Notes: generated by a model not told the origin, from the letters alone. A stretch of DNA of 64,000 bases from Octopus sinensis (GCF_006345805.1 NC_043021.1:28644001-28708000), one strand, 5' to 3'; positions 13,155 through 26,814 are shown, counted from the stretch's first letter. Translations and numbers: made by a program.

Positions 13155-15392
13155 ATCAATATAGGGTGGTGAAAAAAGTTTGTAGAATTCTTTTTGCCAC
13201 CAGCGGCCTAGTGGGAAAAAATTAAATAGTCGTAGACCATTTTTAAGTTCAACATCAACAATCAAGGAACGGCCATAATAGGCCATTCACCCACTAGAAA
13301 TAACAGCCAAAGCTTCAACCGCAAATAAAGATCAATTCCGTAAACAGGAGAAAATTTAAAAAAACATTTACCCTGTAATTTCTTGTACGATGCACCGTTT
13401 CGTCTGCTGTTTAATGGTAAACTAACCTGATTAAATTAAATCAAGCCAATCTTCCATAGGCCCTCAGATTCTTCAGCAAGAAATAGCCAAGTCGGAACAG
13501 ATATTTTCACGAGGCATTTCCGACCCTGCCAAGGCGATATCTGACCTAAAATTTTCAAATCGTCGCACTCGCGCCAAATTTATCGGCAGCAAATAAATAT
13601 AAGCCGTCGATTCCATTACGGAATTAACCAGAAAATTCATAATTAATCAATATAGGGTGGTGAAAAAAATTTTGTAGAATTCTTTTTGCCACCAGCAGCC
13701 TAGTGGGAAAAAATTAAATAGTCGTAGACCATTTTTAAGTTCAACATCAACAATCAAGGAACGGCCATAATAGGCCATTCACCCACTAGAAATAACAGCC
13801 AAAGCTTCAACCGCAAATAAAGATCAATTCCGTAAACAGGAGAAAATTTAAAAAAACATTTACCCTGTAATTTCTTGTACGATGCACCGTTTCGTCTGCT
13901 GTTTAATGGTAAACTAACCTGATTAAATTAAATCAAGCCAATCTTCCATAGGCCCTCAGATTCTTCAGCAAGAAATAGCCAAGTCGGAACAGATATTTTC
14001 ACGAGGCATTTCCGACCCTGCCAAGGCGATATCTGACCTAAAATTTTCAAATCGTCGCACTCGCGCCAAATTTATCGGCAGCAAATAAATATAAGCCGTC
14101 GATTCCATTACGGAATTAACCAGAAAATTCATAATTAATCAATATAGGGTGGTGAAAAAAATTTTGTAGAATTCTTTTTGCCACCAGCGGCCTAGTGGGA
14201 AAAAATTAAATAGTCGTAGACCATTTTTAAGTTCAACATCAACAATCAAGGAACGGCCATAATAGGCCATTCACCCACTAGAAATAACAGCCAAAGCTTC
14301 AACCGCAAATAAAGATCAATTCCGTAAACAGGAGAAAATTTAAAAAAACATTTACCCTGTAATTTCTTGTACGATGCACCGTTTCGTCTGCTGTTTAATG
14401 GTAAACTAACCTGATTAAATTAAATCAAGCCAATCTTCCATAGGCCCTCAGATTCTTCAGCAAGAAATAGCCAAGTCGGAACAGATATTTTCACGAGGCA
14501 TTTCCGACCCTGCCAAGGCGATATCTGACCTAAAATTTTCAAATCGTCGCACTCGCGCCAAATTTATCGGCAGCAAATAAATATAAGCCGTCGATTCCAT
14601 TACGGAATTAACCAGAAAATTCATAATTAATCAATATAGGGTGGTGAAAAAAATTTTGTAGAATTCTTTTTGCCACCAGCAGCCTAGTGGGAAAAAATTA
14701 AATAGTCGTAGACCATCTTTAAGTTCAACATCAACAATCAAGGAACGGCCATAATAGGCCATTCACCCACTAGAAATAACAGCCAAAGCTTCAACCGCAA
14801 ATAAAGATCAATTCCGTAAACAGGAGAAAATTTAAAAAAACATTTACCCTGTAATTTCTTGTACGATGCACCGTTTCGTCTGCTGTTAATGGTAAACTAC
14901 CTGATTAAATTAAATCAAGCCAATCTTCCATAGGCCCTCAGATTCTTCAGCAAGAAATAGCCAAGTCGGAACAGATATTTTCACGAGGCATTTCCGACCC
15001 TGCCAAGGCGATATCTGACCTAAAATTTTCAAATCGTCGCACTCGCGCCAAATTTATCGGCAGCAAATAAATATAAGCCGTCGATTCCATTACGGAATTA
15101 ACCAGAAAATTCATAATAATCAATATGGTGGTGAAAAAAAGTTTGTAGAATCTTTTTGCCACCAGCGGCCTAGTGGCAAAAAATTAAATAGTCGTAGACC
15201 ATTTTTAAGTTCAACATCAACAATCAAGGACGGCCATAATAGGCCATTCACCCACTAGAAATAACAGCCAAAGTTCAACCGCAAAAAAGATCAATTCCGT
15301 AAACAGGAGAAAATTTAAAAAAAACATTTACCCTGTTAATTTCGTACGATGAGCACCGTTTCGTCTGCTGTTTAATGGTAAACTAACCTGAT
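13152..15392 (-). repeat. Left arm of HHR-containing tandem array (about 4.5 units of 489-492 bp)
   Basis: Marker AATCAATAT recurs at 13154, 13645, 14137, 14629, 15118; reverse complement of the right-arm unit; 4 complete HHRs and one cut inside stem II. Confidence 0.95.
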
Positions 15393-18300
15393 CTTTATTT
15401 GAATTGATCTTTATTTGAATTGATCTTTATTTGAATTGATCTTTATTTGCGGTTGAAGCTTTGGCTGTTATTTCTAGTGGGTGAATGGCCTATTATGGCC
15501 GTTCCTTGATTGTTGATGTTGAACTTAAAAATGGTCTACGACTATTTAATTTTTTCCCACTAGGCCGCTGGTGGCAAAAAGAATTCTACAAAATTTTTTT
15601 CACCACCCTATATTGATTAATTATGAATTTTCTGGTTAATTCCGTAATGGAATCGACGGCTTATATTTATTTGCTGCCGATAAATTTGGCGCGAGTGCGA
15701 CGATTTGAAAATTTTAGGTCAGATATCGCCTTGGCAGGGTCGGAAATGCCTCGTGAAAATATCTGTTCCGACTTGGCTATTTCTTGCTGAAGAATCTGAG
15801 GGCCTATGGAAGATTGGCTTGATTTAATTTAATCAGGTTAGTTTACCATTAAACAGCAGACGAAACGGTGCATCGTACAAGAAATTACAGGGTAAATGTT
15901 TTTTTAAATTTTCTCCTGTTTACGGAATTGATCTTTATTTGCGGTTGAAGCTTTGGCTGTTATTTCTAGTGGGTGAATGGCCTATTATGGCCGTTCCTTG
16001 ATTGTTGATGTTGAACTTAAAAATGGTCTACGACTATTTAATTTTTTCCCACTAGGCCGCTGGTGGCAAAAAGAATTCTACAAAATTTTTTTCACCACCC
16101 TATATTGATTAATTATGAATTTTCTGGTTAATTCCGTAATGGAATCGACGGCTTATATTTATTTGCTGCCGATAAATTTGGCGCGAGTGCGACGATTTGA
16201 AAATTTTAGGTCAGATATCGCCTTGGCAGGGTCGGAAATGCCTCGTGAAAATATCTGTTCCGACTTGGCTATTTCTTGCTGAAGAATCTGAGGGCCTATG
16301 GAAGATTGGCTTGATTTAATTTAATCAGGTTAGTTTACCATTAAACAGCAGACGAAACGGTGCATCGTACAAGAAATTACAGGGTAAATGTTTTTTAAAT
16401 TTTCTCCTGTTTACGGAATTGATCTTTATTTGCGGTTGAAGCTTTGGCTGTTATTTCTAGTGGGTGAATGGCCTATTATGGCCGTTCCTTGATTGTTGAT
16501 GTTGAACTTAAAAATGGTCTACGACTATTTAATTTTTTCCCACTAGGCCGCTGGTGGCAAAAAGAATTCTACAAAATTTTTTTCACCACCCTATATTGAT
16601 TAATTATGAATTTTCTGGTTAATTCCGTAATGGAATCGACGGCTTATATTTATTTGCTGCCGATAAATTTGGCGCGAGTGCGACGATTTGAAAATTTTAG
16701 GTCAGATATCGCCTTGGCAGGGTCGGAAATGCCTCGTGAAAATATCTGTTCCGACTTGGCTATTTCTTGCTGAAGAATCTGAGGGCCTATGGAAGATTGG
16801 CTTGATTTAATTTAATCAGGTTAGTTTACCATTAAACAGCAGACGAAACGGTGCATCGTACAAGAAATTACAGGGTAAATGTTTTTTAAAATTTTCTCCT
16901 GTTTACGGAATTGATCTTTATTTGCGGTTGAAGCTTTGGCTGTTATTTCTAGTGGGTGAATGGCCTATTATGGCCGTTCCTTGATTGTTGATGTTGAACT
17001 TAAAAATGGTCTACGACTATTTAATTTTTTCCCACTAGGCCGCTGGTGGCAAAAAGAATTCTAAAACTTTTTTTCACCACTATATTGATTAATTATGAAT
17101 TTTCTGGTTAATTCCGTAATGGAATCGACGGCTTATATTATTTGCTGCCGATAAATTTGGCGCGAGTGCGACGATTTGAAAATTTTAGGTCAGATATCGC
17201 CTTGGCAGGTCGGAAATGCCTCGTGAAAATATCTGTTCCGACTTGGCTATTTCTTGCTGAAGAATCTGAGGGCCTATGGAAGATTGGCTTGATTTAATTT
17301 AATCAGGTTAGTTTACCATTAAACAGCAGACGAAACGGTGCATCGTACAAGAAATTACAGGGTAAATGTTTTTTTAAATTTTCTCCTGTTTACGGAATTG
17401 ATCTTTATTTGCGGTTGAAGCTTTGGCTGTTATTTCTAGTGGGTGAATGGCCTATTATGGCCGTTCCTTGATTGTTGATGTTGAACTTAAAAATGGTCTA
17501 CGACTATTTAATTTTTTCCCACTAGGCTGCTGGTGGCAAAAAGAATTCTACAAAATTTTTTTCACCACCTATATTGATTAATTATGAATTTTCTGGTTAA
17601 TTCCGTAATGGAATCGACGGCTTATATTTATTTGCTGCCGATAAATTTGGCGCGAGTGCGACGATTTGAAAATTTTAGGTCAGATATCGCCTTGGCAGGG
17701 TCGGAAATGCCTCGTGAAAATATCTGTTCCGACTTGGCTATTTCTTGCTGAAGAATCTGAGGGCCTATGGAAGATTGGCTTGATTTAATTTAATCAGGTT
17801 AGTTTACCATTAAACAGCAGACGAAACGGTGCATCGTACAAGAAATTACAGGGTAAATGTTTTTTAAAATTTTCTCCTGTTTACGGAATTGATTTATTTG
17901 CGGTTGAAGCTTTGGCTGTTATTTCTAGTGGGTGAATGGCCTATTATGGCCGTTCCTTGATTGTTGATGTTGAACTTAAAAATGGTCTACGACTATTTAA
18001 TTTTTTCCCACTAGGCCGCTGGTGGCAAAAAGAATTCTACAAAATTTTTTTCACCACCCTATATTGATTAATTATGAATTTTCTGGTTAATTCCGTAATG
18101 GAATCGACGGCTTATATTTATTTGCTGCCGATAATTTGGCGCGAGTGCGACGATTTGAAAATTTTAGGTCAGATATCGCCTTGGCAGGGTCGGAAATGCC
18201 TCGTGAAAATATCTGTTCCGACTTGGCTATTTCTTGCTGAAGAATCTGAGGGCCTATGGAAGATTGGCTTGATTTAATTTAATCAGGTTAGTTTACCATT

Positions 18301-21300
18301 AACAGCAGACGAAACGGTGCATCGTACAAGAAATTACAGGGTAAATGTTTTTTTAAATTTTCTCCTGTTTACGGAATTGATCTTTATTTGCGGTTGAAGC
18401 TTTGGCTGTTATTTCTAGTGGGTGAATGGCCTATTATGGCCGTTCCTTGATTGTTGATGTTGAACTTAAAAATGGTCTACGACTATTTAATTTTTTCCCA
18501 CTAGGCTGCTGGTGGCAAAAAGAATTCTACAAAATTTTTTTCACCACCCTATATTGATTAATTATGAATTTTCTGGTTAATTCCGTAATGGAATCGACGG
18601 CTTATATTTATTTGCTGCCGATAAATTTGGCGCGAGTGCGACGATTTGAAAATTTTAGGTCAGATATCGCCTTGGCAGGGTCGGAAATGCCTCGTGAAAA
18701 TATCTGTTCCGACTTGGCTATTTCTTGCTGAAGAATCTGAGGGCCTATGGAAGATTGGCTTGATTTAATTTAATCAGGTTAGTTTACCATTAAACAGCAG
18801 ACGAAACGGTGCATCGTACAAGAAATTACAGGGTAAATGTTTTTTTAAATTTTCTCCTGTTTACGGAATTGATCTTTATTTGCGGTTGAAGCTTTGGCTG
18901 TTATTTCTAGTGGGTGAATGGCCTATTATGGCCGTTCCTTGATTGTTGATGTTGAACTTAAAAATGGTCTACGACTATTTAATTTTTTCCCACTAGGCCG
19001 CTGGTGGCAAAAAGAATTCTACAAAATTTTTTTCACCACCCTATATTGATTAATTATGAATTTTCTGGTTAATTCCGTAATGGAATCGACGGCTTATATT
19101 TATTTGCTGCCGATAAATTTGGCGCGAGTGCGACGATTTGAAAATTTTAGGTCAGATATCGCCTTGGCAGGGTCGGAAATGCCTCGTGAAAATATCTGTT
19201 CCGACTTGGCTATTTCTTGCTGAAGAATCTGAGGGCCTATGGAAGATTGGCTTGATTTAATTTAATCAGGTTAGTTTACCATTAAACAGCAGACGAAACG
19301 GTGCATCGTACAAGAAATTACAGGGTAAATGTTTTTTTAAATTTTCTCCTGTTTACGGAATTGATCTTTATTTGCGGTTGAAGCTTTGGCTGTTATTTCT
19401 AGTGGGTGAATGGCCTATTATGGCCGTTCCTTGATTGTTGATGTTGAACTTAAAATGGTCTACGACTATTTAATTTTTTCCCACTAGGCTGCTGGTGGCA
19501 AAAAGAATTCTACAAAATTTTTTTCACCACCCTATATTGATTAATTATGAATTTTCTGGTTAATTCCGTAATGGAATCGACGGCTTATATTTATTTGCTG
19601 CCGATAAATTTGGCGCGAGTGCGACGATTTGAAAATTTTAGGTCAGATATCGCCTTGGCAGGGTCGGAAATGCCTCGTGAAAATATCTGTTCCGACTTGG
19701 CTATTTCTTGCTGAAGAATCTGAGGGCCTATGGAAGATTGGCTTGATTTAATTTAATCAGGTTAGTTTACCATTAAACAGCAGACGAAACGGTGCATCGT
19801 ACAAGAAATTACAGGGTAAATGTTTTTTTAAATTTTCTCCTGTTTACGGAATTGATCTTTATTTGCGGTTGAAGCTTTGGCTGTGTTATTTCTAGTGGGT
19901 GAATGGCCTATTATGGCCGTTCCTTGATTGTTGATGTTGAACTTAAAAATGGTCTACGACTATTTAATTTTTTCCCACTAGGCCGCTGGTGGCAAAAAGA
20001 ATTCTACAAAATTTTTTTCACCACCCTATATTGATTAATTATGAATTTTCTGGTTAATTCCGTAATGGAATCGACGGCTTATATTTATTTGCTGCCGATA
20101 AATTTGGCGCGAGTGCGACGATTTGAAAATTTTAGGTCAGATATCGCCTTGGCAGGGTCGGAAATGCCTCGTGAAAATATCTGTTCCGACTTGGCTATTT
20201 CTTGCTGAAGAATCTGAGGGCCTATGGAAGATTGGCTTGATTTAATTTAATCAGGTTAGTTTACCATTAAACAGCAGACGAAACGGTGCATCGTACAAGA
20301 AATTACAGGGTAAATGTTTTTTTAAATTTTCTCCTGTTTACGGAATTGATCTTTATTTGCGGTTGAAGCTTTGGCTGTTATTTCTAGTGGGTGAATGGCC
20401 TATTATGGCCGTTCCTTGATTGTTGATGTTGAACTTAAAGATGGTCTACGACTATTTAATTTTTTCCCACTAGGCTGCTGGTGGCAAAAAGAATTCTACA
20501 AAATTTTTTTCACCACCCTATATTGATTAATTATGAATTTTCTGGTTAATTCCGTAATGGAATCGACGGCTTATATTTATTTGCTGCCGATAAATTTGGC
20601 GCGAGTGCGACGATTTGAAAATTTTAGGTCAGATATCGCCTTGGCAGGGTCGGAAATGCCTCGTGAAAATATCTGTTCCGACTTGGCTATTTCTTGCTGA
20701 AGAATCTGAGGGCCTATGGAAGATTGGCTTGATTTAATTTAATCAGGTTAGTTTACCATTAAACAGCAGACGAAACGGTGCATCGTACAAGAAATTACAG
20801 GGTAAATGTTTTTTTAAATTTTCTCCTGTTTACGGAATTGATCTTTATTTGCGGTTGAAGTTGAAGCTTTGGCTGTTATTTCTAGTGGGTGAATGGCCTA
20901 TTATGGCCGTTCCTTGATTGTTGATGTTGAACTTAAAGATGGTCTACGACTATTTAATTTTTTCCCACTAGGCTGCTGGTGGCAAAAAGAATTCTACAAA
21001 ATTTTTTTCACCACCCTATATTGATTAATTATGAATTTTCTGGTTAATTCCGTAATGGAATCGACGGCTTATATTTATTTGCTGCCGATAAATTTGGCGC
21101 GAGTGCGACGATTTGAAAATTTTAGGTCAGATATCGCCTTGGCAGGGTCGGAAATGCCTCGTGAAAATATCTGTTCCGACTTGGCTATTTCTTGCTGAAG
21201 AATCTGAGGGCCTATGGAAGATTGGCTTGATTTAATTTAATCAGGTTAGTTTACCATTAAACAGCAGACGAAACGGTGCATCGTACAAGAAATTACAGGG

Positions 21301-24300
21301 TAAATGTTTTTTAAATTTTCTCCTGTTTACGGAATTGATCTTTATTTGCGGTTGAAGCTTTGGCTGTTATTTCTAGTGGGTGAATGGCCTATTATGGCCG
21401 TTCCTTGATTGTTGATGTTGAACTTAAAAATGGTCTACGACTATTTAATTTTTTCCCACTAGGCCGCTGGTGGCAAAAAGAATTCTACAAAATTTTTTTC
21501 ACCACCCTATATTGATTAATTATGAATTTTCTGGTTAATTCCGTAATGGAATCGACGGCTTATATTTATTTGCTGCCGATAAATTTGGCGCGAGTGCGAC
21601 GATTTGAAAATTTTAGGTCAGATATCGCCTTGGCAGGGTCGGAAATGCCTCGTGAAAATATCTGTTCCGACTTGGCTATTTCTTGCTGAAGAATCTGAGG
21701 GCCTATGGAAGATTGGCTTGATTTAATTTAATCAGGTTAGTTTACCATTAAACAGCAGACGAAACGGTGCATCGTACAAGAAATTACAGGGTAAATGTTT
21801 TTTTAAATTTTCTCCTGTTTACGGAATTGATCTTTATTTGCGGTTGAAGCTTTGGCTGTTATTTCTAGTGGGTGAATGGCCTATTATGGCCGTTCCTTGA
21901 TTGTTGATGTTGAACTTAAAATGGTCTACGACTATTTAATTTTTTCCCCTAGGCCGCTGGTGGCAAAAAGAATTCTACAAACTTTTTTTCACCACCCTAT
22001 ATTGATTAATTATGAATTTTCTGGTTAATTCCGTAATGGAATCGACGGCTTATATTTATTTGCTGCCGATAAATTTGGCGCGAGTGCGACGATTTGAAAA
22101 TTTTAGGTCAGATATCGCCTTGGCAGGGTCGGAAATGCCTCGTGAAAATATCTGTTCCGACTTGGCTATTTCTTGCTGAAGAATCTGAGGGCCTATGGAA
22201 GATTGGCTTGATTTAATTTAATCAGGTTAGTTTACCATTAAACAGCAGACGAAACGGTGCATCGTACAAGAAATTACAGGGTAAATGTTTTTTTAAATTT
22301 TCTCCTGTTTACGGAATTGATCTTTATTTGCGGTTGAAGCTTTGGCTGTTATTTCTAGTGGGTGAATGGCCTATTATGGCCGTTCCTTGATTGTTGATGT
22401 TGAACTTAAAGATGGTCTACGACTATTTAATTTTTTCCCACTAGGCTGCTGGTGGCAAAAAGAATTCTACAAAATTTTTTTCACCACCCTATATTGATTA
22501 ATTATGAATTTTCTGGTTAATTCCGTAATGGAATCGACGGCTTATATTTATTTGCTGCCGATAAATTTGGCGCGAGTGCGACGATTTGAAAATTTTAGGT
22601 CAGATATCGCCTTGGCAGGGTCGGAAATGCCTCGTGAAAATATCTGTTCCGACTTGGCTATTTCTTGCTGAAGAATCTGAGGGCCTATGGAAGATTGGCT
22701 TGATTTAATTTAATCAGGTTAGTTTACCATTAAACAGCAGACGAAACGGTGCATCGTACAAGAAATTACAGGGTAAATGTTTTTTTAAATTTTCTCCTGT
22801 TTACGGAATTGATCTTTATTTGCGGTTGAAGCTTTGGCTGTTATTTCTAGTGGGTGAATGGCCTATTATGGCCGTTCCTTGATTGTTGATGTTGAACTTA
22901 AAGAATGGTCTACGACTATTTAATTTTTTCCCACTAGGCTGCTGGTGGCAAAAAGAATTCTACAAAATTTTTTTCACCACCCTATATTGATTAATTATGA
23001 ATTTTCTGGTTAATTCCGTAATGGAATCGACGGCTTATATTTATTTGCTGCCGATAAATTTGGCGCGAGTGCGACGATTTGAAAATTTTAGGTCAGATAT
23101 CGCCTTGGCAGGGTCGGAAATGCCTCGTGAAAATATCTGTTCCGACTTGGCTATTTCTTGCTGAAGAATCTGAGGGCCTATGGAAGATTGGCTTGATTTA
23201 ATTTAATCAGGTTAGTTTACCATTAAACAGCAGACGAAACGGTGCATCGTACAAGAAATTACAGGGTAAATGTTTTTTTAAATTTTCTCCTGTTTACGGA
23301 ATTGATCTTTATTTGCGGTTGAAGCTTTGGCTGTTATTTCTAGTGGGTGAATGGCCTATTATGGCCGTTCCTTGATTGTTGATGTTGAACTTAAAATGGT
23401 CTACGACTATTTAATTTTTTCCCACTAGGCCGCTGGTGGCAAAAAGAATTCTACAAAATTTTTTTCACCACCCTATATTGATTAATTATGAATTTTCTGG
23501 TTAATTCCGTAATGGAATCGACGGCTTATATTTATTTGCTGCCGATAAATTTGGCGCGAGTGCGACGATTTGAAAATTTTAGGTCAGATATCGCCTTGGC
23601 AGGGTCGGAAATGCCTCGTGAAAATATCTGTTCCGACTTGGCTATTTCTTGCTGAAGAATCTGAGGGCCTATGGAAGATTGGCTTGATTTAATTTAATCA
23701 GGTTAGTTTACCATTAAACAGCAGACGAAACGGTGCATCGTACAAGAAATTACAGGGTAAATGTTTTTTTAAATTTTCTCCTGTTTACGGAATTGATCTT
23801 TATTTGCGGTTGAAGCTTTGGCTGTTATTTCTAGTGGGTGAATGGCCTATTATGGCCGTTCCTTGATTGTTGATGTTGAACTTAAAAATGGTCTACGACT
23901 ATTTAATTTTTTCCCACTAGGCCGCTGGTGGCAAAAAGAATTCTACAAACTTTTTTTCACCACCCTATATTGATTAATTATGAATTTTCTGGTTAATTCC
24001 GTAATGGAATCGACGGCTTATATTTATTTGCTGCCGATAAATTTGGCGCGAGTGCGACGATTTGAAAATTTTAGGTCAGATATCGCCTTGGCAGGGTCGG
24101 AAATGCCTCGTGAAAATATCTGTTCCGACTTGGCTATTTCTTGCTGAAGAATCTGAGGGCCTATGGAAGATTGGCTTGATTTAATTTAATCAGGTTAGTT
24201 TACCATTAAACAGCAGACGAAACGGTGCATCGTACAAGAAATTACAGGGTAAATGTTTTTTTAAATTTTCTCCTGTTTACGGAATTGATCTTTATTTGCG

Positions 24301-25836
24301 GTTGAAGCTTTGGCTGTTATTTCTAGTGGGTGAATGGCCTATTATGGCCGTTCCTTGATTGTTGATGTTGAACTTAAAAATGGTCTACGACTATTTATTT
24401 TTTCCCACTAGGCTGCTGGTGGCAAAAAGAATTCTACAAAATTTTTTTCACCACCCTATATTGATTAATTATGAATTTTCTGGTTAATTCCGTAATGGAA
24501 TCGACGGCTTATATTTATTTGCTGCCGATAAATTTGGCGCGAGTGCGACGATTTGAAAATTTTAGGTCAGATATCGCCTTGGCAGGGTCGGAAATGCCTC
24601 GTGAAAATATCTGTTCCGACTTGGCTATTTCTTGCTGAAGAATCTGAGGGCCTATGGAAGATTGGCTTGATTTAATTTAATCAGGTTAGTTTACCATTAA
24701 ACAGCAGACGAAACGGTGCATCGTACAAGAAATTACAGGGTAAATGTTTTTTAAATTTTCTCCTGTTTACGGAATTGATCTTTATTTGCGGTTGAAGCTT
24801 TGGCTGTTATTTCTAGTGGGTGAATGGCCTATTATGGCCGTTCCTTGATTGTTGATGTTGAACTTAAAAATGGTCTACGACTATTTAATTTTTTCCCACT
24901 AGGCCGCTGGTGGCAAAAAGAATTCTACAAAATTTTTTTCACCACCCTATATTGATTAATTATGAATTTTCTGGTTAATTTCGTAATGGAATCGACGGCT
25001 TATATTTATTTGCTGCCGATAAATTTGGCGCGAGTGCGACGATTTGAAAATTTTAGGTCAGATATCGCCTTGGCAGGGTCGGAAATGCCTCGTGAAAATA
25101 TCTGTTCCGACTTGGCTATTTCTTGCTGAAGAATCTGAGGGCCTATGGAAGATTGGCTTGATTTAATTTAATCAGGTTAGTTTACCATTAAACAGCAGAC
25201 GAAACGGTGCATCGTACAAGAAATTACAGGGTAAATGTTTTTTTAAATTTTCTCCTGTTTACGGAATTGATCTTTATTTGCGGTTGAAGCTTTGGCTGTT
25301 ATTTCTAGTGGGTGAATGGCCTATTATGGCCGTTCCTTGATTGTTGATGTTGAACTTAAAAATGGTCTACGACTATTTAATTTTTTCCCACTAGGCCGCT
25401 GGTGGCAAAAAGAATTCTACAAAATTTTTTTCACCACCCTATATTGATTAATTATGAATTTTCTGGTTAATTCCGTAATGGAATCGACGGCTTATATTTA
25501 TTTGCTGCCGATAAATTTGGCGCGAGTGCGACGATTTGAAAATTTTAGGTCAGATATCGCCTTGGCAGGGTCGGAAATGCCTCGTGAAAATATCTGTTCC
25601 GACTTGGCTATTTCTTGCTGAAGAATCTGAGGGCCTATGGAAGATTGGCTTGATTTAATTTAATCAGGTTAGTTTACCATTAAACAGCAGACGAAACGGT
25701 GCATCGTACAAGAAATTACAGGGTAAATGTTTTTTTAAATTTTCTCCTGTTTACGGAATTGATCTTTATTTGCGGTTGAAGCTTTGGCTGTTATTTCTAG
25801 TAGGTGAATGGCCTATTATGGCCGTTCCTTGATTGT

Positions 25837-25840
<4 letters not shown>
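15389..25840 (+). repeat. Right arm of HHR-containing tandem array (about 21.2 units of 487-498 bp, mode 491-492); candidate non-LTR retrozyme
   Basis: CTGAAGA core at 15787, 16279, 16770, 17257, 17748, 18237, 18728, 19220, 19711, 20205, 20697, 21195, 21686, 22176, 22668, 23161, 23652, 24144, 24635, 25126, 25618. Confidence 0.95.
15779..15885 (+). ncRNA. Type I hammerhead ribozyme of the array unit (first + copy; one per unit)
   Basis: ATTTCTTG-CTGAAGA-A-TCTG..(68 nt total)..CAGA-C-GAAA-CGGTGCATCG-TA-CAAGAAAT; 8-bp stem I; predicted cleavage 3' of A15877. Confidence 0.85.
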
Positions 25841-25873
<33 letters not shown>

Positions 25874-26699
25874 CATATATATATACATTTATGAATATAC
25901 ATATATATATATACACACACACATATATATGTACATTTATATATATATATATATATGTGTGTGTAATTATATATATATATATATTATATATATGTCAGTG
26001 TGTATGCATATACACGCACGAACATAGATATATTGTGCGTATATGAAAAATATACTATAAGCATATATACCCATACATAGACATATATTTACATTTTTTT
26101 TTGTATTTACAAACTAGATTTCTTAAATGCGCTCACTTGCGTTCACACACATACATCTTTACATACATGCATAAATATATATGCATATATATATGTGTGT
26201 GTGTATAAATATATACAAGATACATACATACAATTATACGTGCATACACATATATAAACGTAACTACGTATATGTAGATATAAATGTGTGTTTTTATCTA
26301 TGTATGTATATATATTTGTGTGTATGTATGTTTGTCATAGAGAAGGGAAGAAAATGGACGTTAAATTCACAGAAGCTCTTAATTTTGAATAAACAGTCCC
26401 AAAGCGAAAAGTACGTTTCCTCGTTGTCTTGAAGAATACCTGTGATGGCGTCATTACGCAGACAAATAACCACGTACCAGTAACTTACAATGAGAAAGAA
26501 TTTACGCTAATTGTTAAGGATTTTACCATTTGGGGGTTGAAGGTGAAGATTTCGCCATAAAATTTCTTCAGCACGGAAGAAATAAAATTTCGTTTAGCAG
26601 CAGCTGGATTTTTCCTTTTTAAGTCCACTAGGACGCAGTTGTCTCTGTGTGTATGAGTGTGAGGAAATATATATATATATATATATATATACATACATG

Positions 26700-26735
<36 letters not shown>

Positions 26736-26782
26736 TATATATATACACATATATATAAATATATACATATATATATATATAT

Positions 26783-26814
<32 letters not shown>

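Noticed and set aside
13152-25840. CRISPR array or protein-coding repeat
   Set aside because: Units are whole-length duplicates with no unique spacers. The two ORF calls (14947-15162, 18074-18277) arise from indels private to single units.
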